Shown: piece after piece, positions 54,026-64,000 of the stretch | How the letters are laid out: each line of letters begins with the position of its first letter | Position numbering within the stretch: the stretch's first letter is position 1 | Assembly (NCBI RefSeq): GCF_018350175.1 | Contig: NC_058368.1 | Coordinates: 5,270,001-5,334,000, forward strand | Length of the DNA: 64,000 nucleotides | DNA from: Felis catus | Taxonomy: Eukaryota | Direction: 5' to 3' | The notes under the pieces: generated by a model | Database searches by the model: none | Told to the model about the DNA's origin: nothing | Seen by the model: the letters and a program-made list of their open reading frames with translations, nothing else | Program-made: the position numbers and the translations under genes

Positions 54026-54729
54026 AGATCACTTGTGTTTTGATGGTGACGTGACAGAGGTGACAAAGAGCTCAAGTTTGGGGCCCCAAGACCGGTGTTT
54101 AGATTGTGCATGTTACAAATTTCACCCCTCTCTGAGACTCCTTGTATGCCGGTTGTTTTTTTCAGGGTGACATTGGTAGGGTAGCTTTGTAGCTAAGGTG
54201 TAAGAGATAATTAAGTTATGCCTAAAAATGATCCCGTCATCTTGTTATTGAGCAAGGTGTGCACAGTTACCTCGTGAAGTTTGCGTCTCGGGAGATGGGT
54301 GCTTCTCATCGCACCGACACGTGATAAACCCATGCGAGGCTTGTTACGTGTTGACTGTTGGGAGTGCAGAATGATGGAAAGCCCCAGAAACATCTGTGCT
54401 AGATGCACCGTGCCTTTAGGACTGGAACAACAACTAAAAATAAGGAGCTTTTAAGTGGAATATGATATAACACCTGTAGCTGGAAACCGTTCTGCTTGTG
54501 AACTAACGTTTTTGTCTGTACGTGTGCTGCTTGACCACAGAGAGGAAGCACAATTGCTTTAGGGGTCTGCTACTTTTGTGTTCGCTCTTTAAGCTCTTCC
54601 CGCGGTGTCTTCCACTCTTCAGAGTTCCCTTGTTTCAAGTTGGGTGTGGTTGCATGCGGAAATATTTTCAATATTACAGTTTCTGTTGGTTGATTTAATG
54701 GGAAAGGGGTATTATCACATTAATTACAG

Positions 54730-54960
54730 CAAATACTTAGTGCCTTCATTCATCGTTCTAAGCAATTTGCATGTACTAAATCGTTCATTCCTCACAATGG
54801 CCCTATGAGGAAGATACTATTGTTGGGCCCACTTTCTAGATGAGGACGCTGAGACCGAGTGTCTAAGTAAGTTACTGAAATGACATACCCACCCGGTAAG
54901 AGGGAGAGTTGGGTTCGAACCTAGGCAGTATGGCTCCGGAGGGCATGTTCTCACTAGTTG
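54730..54960 (-). mobile_element. MIR
   Basis: CCTCACAATGGCCCTATGAGG.AGATACTATT...AGATGAGGACGCTGAGAC...GGGTTCGAACCTAGGCAGT.TGGCTCC. Confidence 0.75.
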
Positions 54961-55404
54961 CTCTGTTGACTACTCTGTTAGGAGAGATGAAAATGTGTGA
55001 AATTTAGGTCAGTTGGAAGCTTTTTCAGACTCTGACATTTTGACTGGTTTCTGTTACAGAACTCCATTACTCAGAAGCAGCAGCGTTTCCTAAGAATTTT
55101 GTAGAAGGATTTACAATGCTAGGCAGAATTAACATTACAGGCTCATCTCTGCAAGTTGAGATGTTCAGGGAATGGGAGTGAGTAGGCAGAGCTCGGCTCT
55201 CCACGAACTACGTGTGATTGAAGCTTTGGGCTCTAATATTGGACACAAGATAGCTTTTCGTAACCCTGTTCACTGACCAGGACTCAATAGTTGGAAAAGA
55301 TCAGAAGCCAAGAAACTAATGAAGTCACAGAAATGATGTGTATTGTAATTTTTTTTTTTCTCTCTGTGCCTCCAGTGAATGTTTGTTAAAAATGATACGA
55401 TCTT

Positions 55405-55612
55405 GGGGCTCCTGGGTGGCTCAGTCGGTTAAGCGTCCGACTTTGGTTCAGGTCATGGTTTCATTGCTTGTGAGTTCGAGCCCCACATCGGGCTCTGTGC
55501 TGACAGCTCGGAGCCTGGAGCCTGCTTTGGATTCTGTGTCCCCCTCTCTTTCTGCCCCTCCCCTGCTCACACTCTGACTCTCTCTCTGTCTCTCTGTCTC
55601 TCAAAAATAAAC
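55405..55612 (+). mobile_element. Can-SINE
   Basis: Head, CT tract, AATAAA; imperfect TSD GATA(C/A)GATC. Confidence 0.9.
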
Positions 55613-55808
55613 ACGAAAAGATAAGATCATGAGTTTTAAAAGATTGGGATAGGGAGTCTTGGAATGGGTCTCTTGCTCTTTCCATAAGACCAGAGGTGAT
55701 ATGTTGTCCCCATCAACCTGTAGATGGGATTTGATTTTTGATGGGTCAACCTTCACTAATAGACTTCCATTTAGATTCTAAAGGAAATTTTAAAGTCTGT
55801 AAAGGGCA

Positions 55809-56233
55809 GGGGTGCCTGGGTGGCTCAGTTGGTCAAGTCTTCGACTTGATTTCAGCTCAAGTCACGATCTCACAGTCATAGGATCCAGCCCTGCGTGGAG
55901 CATGGAGCCTGCTTGGGATTCTCTCTCTCCCTCTCTCTCTGTCCCTCCCCCATTCATTCTCTCTCTCTCTCAAAATAAACATTTTAAATTCTTTTTTTTT
56001 TTTTTTACTACTTATTTTTTGAGAGAGAGAATGAGAACATGCATGAGTAGGGGAGGGGCAGAGAGAGAGGGAGACACAGAATCGGAAGCAGGCTCCAGGC
56101 TCAGAGCTGTCAGCACAGAGCCCGACGCGGGGCTCGAACCCACAAAGCGTGAGATTGTGACCTGAGCTGAAGTCGGAAGCTTAACCGACTGAGCCACCCA
56201 GGCGCCCCATAAAATAAACATTAAAAAAAAAAA
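55809..56233 (+). mobile_element. Can-SINE (outer) with a second SINE inserted in its tail
   Basis: Outer TSD AAAGT(C/A)TGTAAAGG at 55792 and 56231. Confidence 0.88.
55984..56208 (-). mobile_element. Can-SINE (inner, antisense)
   Basis: TSD AAAATAAACATT at 55972 and 56211. Confidence 0.92.
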
Positions 56234-56824
56234 GTATGTAAAGGACAAATAATTCAGAGAACTGAAGTGAAAGGGAGAAGAGAGGATATAAAGGAAAATG
56301 CTGCTGGGCTGTTTAAATACTTAAGCACTTCAAAATTGCCAGTAAAACGATTCCCCACCTCCCCACCCCTACAGGAAACCAGATCACGAGGGTAGCATTT
56401 GTGGGTTTGGTGACAGTTTCAGCGATGTTGTGGAACCGTATTCTCGAGGGAACATAGGGATGGATTGCTCCCTGTTTGCATCTTGATTTTGTTACGTTGT
56501 GACTTGATCCATGTTTTTGTTTTTGGAGACCTTCTCATCCTAGGTTTTTTTAATGATCAGATGAATGAAAAATAGTGAAGAGTCATGAGTTAAGTTTTGA
56601 ACAAGGCACCATTTTTAAGGCCAGCGAGTGCCCTTCAAGCTTTCAAATCACCCGATTTTCACAAACCAGTGTTGGCACCTGAGAGACCAGGCTCATGACT
56701 CCTGGAGGGAGACTTGCAGACCGCAGCCTGTGTCCTTCTGCCCCTATCCAGTTCCTGGCTCCTGATTTAATCCAGGGGCGGCTCACCTCCAGGAATGGTC
56801 TATTACCATCTTCGGGGTTACTAT

Positions 56825-57335
56825 ATCAATTCCCTATCACTGCTCTGCTGTAACAAATTATAGGGAGTCAGTAGCTTAAAACAACATGAAGTCGTCATGT
56901 TATCTAGTTCTTTAGGTCAGAAGTCTGATATGGGTCTCACCCCTGTCACGACCCCTGCAGGACAACATTCCTTTCTAGAACACTCCAGGAGGTTCTAGAG
57001 GAGAATCTTTTCCTTGCTCTTTCCAGCCTTCTAGAGGCGTCCTGAACTTCTTGGTTCGTGACCGCCGTTTTCCATTGTCAAAGACGGCAGTATTGTACGC
57101 CTTGGACTAGTCTTGTGTCTCCCTCTGACGGTAGCCAGGAAAGGATCTCTTCATTTTCTGTTTTTAAGGGCCATGTGATTAAATTGGACCCACTTGGCTA
57201 ATCTAAGATAATCTCCCCAAATCATGTCCTTAATTTAATTATATGCAGAGCCCCTTTTATCACATAAAACAACGTATTTACAGGGTCAAGGTATTAGGGC
57301 ATGGACATCATTGGGGAACCATTCATTGTTTTCCC
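56825..57335 (-). mobile_element. MaLR LTR (MLT1-type)
   Basis: GCTGTAACAAATTA...GCTTAAAACAACA...AGTTCT..AGGTCAGAAGTC...TTCCAGCCTTCTAGAGGC...ATTAGGGCATGGACATC.TTGGGG. Confidence 0.82.
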
Positions 57336-58241
57336 CGGCGCAATTAGAATCAGAATTTTTAGTAAAATGACTTCAGGTGCATAACTGTCCAGTGTGAACA
57401 GTTCTACTGACTTTTCCAGTGCTAAGAGGAAGTAGTCCCAAATTTTCTACCTGATAAGCAGCGGTCCTTGAATCCGGCTTTAACGAATCTTTCTAAACTG
57501 ACTTGCCGACACTGGCCTCTGTCTGAGCTGGGATGGTTTCCCCATTGGCAGTCAGGAATTAGACCGTACATGTTTGTTGATGGTTAGGCTGTCTTCCACT
57601 TTTGTCTTACTTTCCTCTCTACATTTTGTTTATAATTCAAGACTGCACTCAGATTTCTCATGACCACTAGAGTTTTCCTCATGTACCTGCTTGTTCCTTG
57701 TTCAGTTTTCCAAATGAGCCCTTTGTCCATTCATTTTGACACCTAACCATGTCAACACCTATTTTGCATTTTCGGTGTCTGTGTGTCTGTGTAGGTCTTT
57801 TTTTCCCTCCATTTTGAGGGGAAAATACATACTTGAAAAATAGTTCTTTGTATTTTAATCGTAGAGCTATATTACTTTGGACATTCACTCTAGATTCTTA
57901 TGGTATGGAATCTTTAAGTTTCTCTTGCATTAAAAACATCCTGTTTTAAACTGACTTTAAATGATTTAGAACTTGTTTTCTAAGATTGCAAAAGTAGCCA
58001 ATTTTGTACTAAAATGTAATCATAAGTACAGATTGAAGCATGAAGAGTTGAAATGTGTTCTTTATTTCAAACATTGTTGATTCAGGAGTGCGGTGCACTT
58101 TTTAATTCCATTGGTTATTGGGAAAAAAACAGTCTTTTACTTTTTATGTGTTGAATTTGGTTAACTTGCCTCCTTTTCTCCCCACTCCTTAACCTCAAAC
58201 CTGTTCTGTGACACTTACTGATTTTCACTGCTGTTGTACAG

Positions 58242-58407
58242 AATTCCACAAAAGCACCTCTCAAAAGATCGAATGTTGAGAAAGTGACCAATGTGCAGAT
58301 CCTGGTGTTGTTTGGCATCCTCTTGGTCATGGCCTTGGTGAGCTCGGTGGGGGCCCTGTACTGGAATGGGTCTCAAGGTGGAAAGAACTGGTACATCAAG
58401 AAGATGG
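58242..58407 (+). CDS. ATP8A2: ATP8A2 coding exon (approx. exon 11; 166 nt): [55 protein letters not shown](D), TM3
   Basis: Acceptor ctgttgtacAG, donor TGG|GTAAGT; hydrophobic TM3; frame consistent. Confidence 0.96.
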
Positions 58408-58619
58408 GTAAGTGTCTGGATGGAGTGCTTGTTGAAGTAAGACTAAACCAGTTTTGGAGAATCCTTTCAAGTACGGTTTATGTGGGTGGCCATGCCCATC
58501 CTTCATTCTTTTGGCTACTCTCTATAAGGCCAGACTTTTTGGAAGATGAGGAGTCATGTGATGAAATGAAGATTGACATATTTGGGGATTGTTTTATATT
58601 CAAATGATTATATTTTTAA

Positions 58620-61135
58620 TGATTTTTTTGAGTTACTTTCTTAGTGGTTGCTCTTAGGGATTAATGTCTCAGTTTATGGGCATCTGCCTCTAATACTAAC
58701 TTAATTCCAGTAAAATACAGAAATTTTACTCCAGTATGGATTCATTTCTTTGCCTGCTTTGTGCTATTATCATATAAATCAGGTCTATGTTATCAACCTA
58801 GTAATACGTTGTTATGGTTGTTGCTTTATATAATCTAGTGTCTATTAAGCAAAAAGAAAAAAAATGTAGAGTTGTTTTACATTAACCTACCTATTTACTA
58901 TTTCTGGTACTCTTTTATTTCTTCCTGTAGATTTGAGTTACCAGCTTGTGTTACTTCTTTGCTTCATAATAGCTTGGTCCTCTGATTCCTTTGTGCTGTC
59001 CTATATTACATCTGTATATAAGTCCAACGGTGCAATTTGCCGTGTTTTTTTAAATCCCAAAGAAAGGATAAAGAGAAGTACTTGTGTAATTACTTGTACT
59101 GATATCCTTTGTTCATATGGATTTAATTCCTGTCTGGTGTCCCTTCCTTTCATCCCGGAGAATTTCCATTGGTATTTCTTGTAAGGCAGACTGGATAGCA
59201 ACCAATTCTGTTTTCATCTTGGAATGAGTTTCTCCTTTGTGTTTGAAGCAGAGTTTTGCTGCTACAGGATTCTTGTAGAATTCTTGGTTGGTCTTCTTTT
59301 CCTACCAGTACCTTGCACATGCCATCTCACTGCCTTCTGGCCTCTGTTGTACTGATGAGAAGTCAGCTGTTAATCCTACTAAGTTTCCCCTTGTATGTGA
59401 GTGATTTTCCTGTTGCTGCTTTCAAAATTGTCCCGGGTTTTCAGTAATTTTGAGTTTCTTTCATTTGGAGTTTGGTGAGCTTTCTGGATGTGTCCATTAA
59501 TATTTTTCATCAAGCGTGGGAAGTTTTTTAGCTACGATTTATTCAAATATTGTTTCTGCCACATCTTCACTTCCTTCTCTTTCTGGCAGTTCCATTATGC
59601 ACGTATTGGTCCACATGATGGGACTTTATTAGGCTCTGTTAGTTTTTCTTATTCCGTTTTCTTTCTGTTCTTCAAATTGGGTAATCTCTGTTGATCTGCA
59701 TTCAAGTTTGTCTGTTACTCTCCTCTGCTGCCTCACGTCTGGTCAGCTTCACGGGGATTTCTTTAATTTCAATGATCATACTTTTCCGTTTCAGAATTTC
59801 CTTTTGGTTCTTCTCTTTTTATCAGTGTTCTCTGATCAGTCGTTGTCATCGTACTTTTAATTCTTTAAACAGTTTCTTTTAGTTCTTTATAATAGCTTTG
59901 AAGTCTTTGGTCCATCATTTGGGTCCCCCTCAGAGGCATTTCTTTTTGTCTTGTTTCCTTGTATGTTTCATATTTTGCTGTTGGTTGTTGAAACCTGGGT
60001 GCTTTAGATAATATGTTGCAGCAATTCAGGACGGTTTCCTCTTCCTCCTGGGGTTTGTTGCTGTTTTTTGTTTACCTGTTTAGTGACTTGCCTGGAAAAA
60101 TTCTGTAAAGTGTTTTCTCCTGCCTCTTACTGCTCAGTTTTAGTCCCATGTTTTGAAAACTGTTGAGATGTATAGTTTAAGCTATATCAAGGTTTTTAGT
60201 ATATTCCTATTTGTGCTACCTTTAGCCCTTACCTAACTTGAATGTTTTCATCACTGCAGAAAGAAACCCTATCCTCGTTAGCACTCACTCTTCTTGGTTT
60301 TATCTTTAAGCCTGGATTCCTAGGGTCAGCGTAGCTTAGGGGTCATGCAGTGATTGGTCAGAGGTTGTGCTTAAACGCCTTGAGATAGTAAGGTCGTGCT
60401 AAAACTCCTTTGTTGTTTGATCTGTGTGTGGCTGTGGAATACCTTCAGTGTTTGGGGAATTTAAAGTCTGACCATATTCAGCCGGGGACTGGTAGTTCGT
60501 AAGTCTCTCCTAAGCAAGTGCAGCCTTGTGCATGGACGTGATTTTCCGGACCACCAGGGTGGAGTGTGATCTTTCCAAGGTTTTTTCGGTCATTTATTTC
60601 CCCAGATATCCCTTTTTGATTTCTAGCTGGCCTTCTGTTTTGTTTGCTCCTACTAGTACCGTGAGATGTACGTCTTCCCTGATTGTTAGCCCCTGGGATC
60701 CCTATTCTTTGTGGCAGTGCCCTCGGCATGGCGGTTTTCGTGCTGTGTTCCAAATAATGACATCTTCCTCAGGCTAGTCCTGTCCTGACAACCTGCCTTC
60801 CTCTGGAGTTGCGGCCTGCCTCACCCTGGGATAGAATTTCTCATGGAGCTGGGGCCGGGGGTGTGAGAGCCGCAAGTCCCGTCTACCCACCCCGAACAGA
60901 ATTTGAGCATCATGGCTCAAAGGGAAAGAAGAGGGAAATAGCCTCTGACTTAAATGCCAGAAGTTTCCACTTAGATTAAGTAGATATTTTTAAATGCATG
61001 CTTTTGAATTTTTTTTTGCAGGCACTGTGATTAATTTCCAAGCACTTTAACTACTTGTTTTTCATAATTTTGTCCAGTTCTATTGCTTCCTGTTTTGAGA
61101 GATTTGCTAAGCTTCTTATAGAGCAATTCCAGAAG
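58620..61135 (-). mobile_element. Old degraded L1 (L1M-type) fragments
   Basis: T-rich antisense L1-like text (GTATTTCTTGTAAGGCAG..., GAGAAGTCAGCTGTTAATC, TTTTTCATCAA...GGGAAGTTTT). Confidence 0.7.
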
Positions 61136-61555
61136 ACAAATCAATTTAATGAAAAAATATTGAGAACTAAATTTGAATTTTAAAACTTTTGAATCTTTTC
61201 TTGAAGTTTTTGTTATTCCTATCTTTAAATGTATTTTGGTTAAACTGCCAAAATATTTTTTTCCTTTTTCTAATTATCTCATGCAGAAAAATCAAACGCT
61301 TTTAACTGCTCAGGAGAACTATTGTTGCAACTTTTACACGTATGACCAGGACTCGAGTTGTAGGTTGGATCAAAACCCTTGGTTTTGTTCTTAAAATTTG
61401 GATTTGGACTGTATTATATGTCTAGCTTCAAATATGAAGACCGATACTTTCTGTACATACATAGTTTCAAAATATCATGATATGGATAAATAAACAGCAT
61501 TGGCCACTATCTTGGTATACAGGATTTGTGGGAACTGGCACTTAAATTGCCTAAT

Positions 61556-61720
61556 GGGGTGCCTGGGTGGCTCAGTTGGTTAAGCGTCCAACTTTGACTC
61601 AGGTCATGATGTCGTGATTCATGAGTTCAAGCCTCCCATCGGGCTGTGGGCTGACTGGTTGGAGCCTGTGTCTCCCTCTCTTTCTGCCCTTCCCCCACTC
61701 TCAGAAATAAACATTAAAAT
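61556..61720 (+). mobile_element. Can-SINE
   Basis: Head, short CT tract, AATAAA; TSD GCCTAATG. Confidence 0.88.
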
Positions 61721-63318
61721 GAATAAGTAGCCTAATGTCAAATTCCAGTACTAGCTGCATGATTTATGGTGGAAGAATGGTCTCTCTGTCCCACCCATAA
61801 TGCTCTCTGCTTTGTTTTCCTATGGAAAAGTTGGCGTAGCTCTGGCAAGAGCCGTCGGACTTCATGTTCGCATTGTCGGTCTTGGAGCTATGACTTCATC
61901 TTCTGTCAGCTTCTGTCCTCGCTCACCTCCACTTGATTGCTTTTGTTTGGCTGAATGAACTTTTATGCATAGGGTCTCTCCTGAATGTACTCTACTTACT
62001 GACACTGTCTGTGATGATCCGAAGCAATTTTCGGCCTGTATTGAAACCTGACATTTGAAATTTCTTAATACGCGATTCTCATCGGCAGCTCTTCCTGAGC
62101 AAATTAAACCTCGGGGACATTTGTTGACTATTGGTACTTAGAGATGCTGTTTAGCAACTATATAATTCAAAAGAACAAGATAGCAAAGTGACATGTTAGA
62201 AAGAAAAGAAGCATTTGGCAGGGAAAATAGAAGCCTTGGTGGGTGAGAAGAAGTGAAGGGTTGGGGCGAAGGTCACAACAGCCACTGACCAGCTTGTGCC
62301 CCCTCCCTGTCATCCTTCACCAGCCCTTTATCTTGCCATCACAACTACCCTCTAGAACTCTACAGCTGAGTCAAACCACCACCATTGGACTAATGTCCTG
62401 GGGAGGAAAAACTCAACTGGGGCTTCAAGTCCCTACAAACTACTAATCTCCAATCCTAGCCTTTGCTTTCTTGAAACACCCATTCCCCTCAAGAGGCATT
62501 TTTAAATCCAAACCTTCAGCCGGCTGCAATCCTCCCTCCCCCCTTGCCAAGTTAAGATCATACCACTTTTTCCTTCAACCAGAGTGTCATGCTCATTAGG
62601 AAAAGAACTTTTCTCTTTTGATACGGACCTCTTTTCCCTCTCCTGGTCCCTTTTCGTGGCCACACTGACCCTACTTCTGCCTTGGATTCTGTCCTCTAGG
62701 GGTCTTGTTCCATCCTTAGGGGTCCTCCTCTGTTAAGATTTCCTTCTCTTACCTTCAGTAAATAGGCTCAAGTCTTCCTACCTCTCTCTCTTTGCCCGCC
62801 ACCAGTGACACTTGTTTTTTTGTACCTTACACACTCTTTGGAGGATTCCAAATAGACTCTGACCTTATTAGCGAGGTCGTAGATATTCCTTACAGCCATT
62901 TGAAATGCCTACTTTCTTTTCTACATCCTTTTTAGTTAGCTGTCTTGTCTCTTTCTGCCAAAACTGGACTAAAGCCTCCTCTGGATGGCCTTCAGCGACT
63001 ATGCCTTCCCATTGAAAAACCTCCTGTCCGGGTTTCAGCAGTGCCCTACGAACTCCTCCTTCAGTAGATGTAGCCTGCTGCATGGACGGTGAGGGGCGTG
63101 CTGGCTCCTGCTTCCTCTCCTCCCCCACAACCTCCTGTTAGAAGCCAGCTCTCTGGTGGAAGGGATTCTATTAACAGTCTTGGTATGCACTGTATGCCAC
63201 GTAGTAGGTGCTCACAGTGTTGTAACTCGGAGCTCTCAATTTATACATAAACCACGAACGTCTTTTAGAAAAGTTCCACAAGAATAAAGGAAAGGGAAAC
63301 CGAGTGGAGACGAACTAA

Positions 63319-63660
<342 letters not shown>

Positions 63661-64000
63661 TGAGCCGGTGGTGGCAAGGACTAGTTGCCTGGGACCTCCG
63701 CCTCCCGGTCTGTGAAAGGGGAGGACATGGGTGCCCATTCAGGGGGTCCTTGTGAGGATTAAGTGAGATAATGGAGGCAGAGTGCTCAGCGGGCGCATGA
63801 GTGGGGACGAAGTGGCTGCAAACGCGTTCCTGCGTTTACAGTCTAATTAGTGCCGCAGGAAAGGTCTCGTAGGTGTGTCTGTTTTAGTGTGCACCATATA
63901 TCAAATTCACCGTGACCATCTACACTTGGATTCTGTTGTGAGAGTGGAGGTGGAATTTCTCGGGAGCTACCGTGGCTATTAAGCAGTGAACTTCAGCCAG

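Overview
Mammalian genomic DNA from a carnivore, most likely a felid, judged from about 27 Can-SINE/SINEC_Fc-type tRNA-derived SINEs and carnivore-type L1s. The whole window lies inside one + strand gene, the P4-ATPase phosphatidylserine flippase ATP8A2. About 40 kb of a large upstream intron is followed by ten internal coding exons (40034-63477). They total 964 nt, all have canonical AG/GT borders, and they join in one open frame. They encode TM1-TM2 with the QQ motif, the actuator domain with DGET, TM3 and TM4 with PISL. Exon numbers 3-12 follow my recollection of the human gene. The rest is intronic repeat: SINEs, L1 fragments, MaLR/ERV solo LTRs, old DNA transposons, MIR/L2 remnants and microsatellites. 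Almost all ORFs in the supplied track are spurious. I see no new multi-gene system. Three items deserve a second look: (i) a 350-bp insertion of only an L1 5'UTR/promoter end, with a 20-bp TSD, no poly(A), sense to ATP8A2 and carrying a splice donor; (ii) a UG-repeat-filled candidate poison cryptic exon between the two micro-exons; (iii) inverted SINE geometries that could drive RNA editing or back-splicing of a stop-free 384-nt exon block. Repeat boundaries and family names are by eye and approximate.
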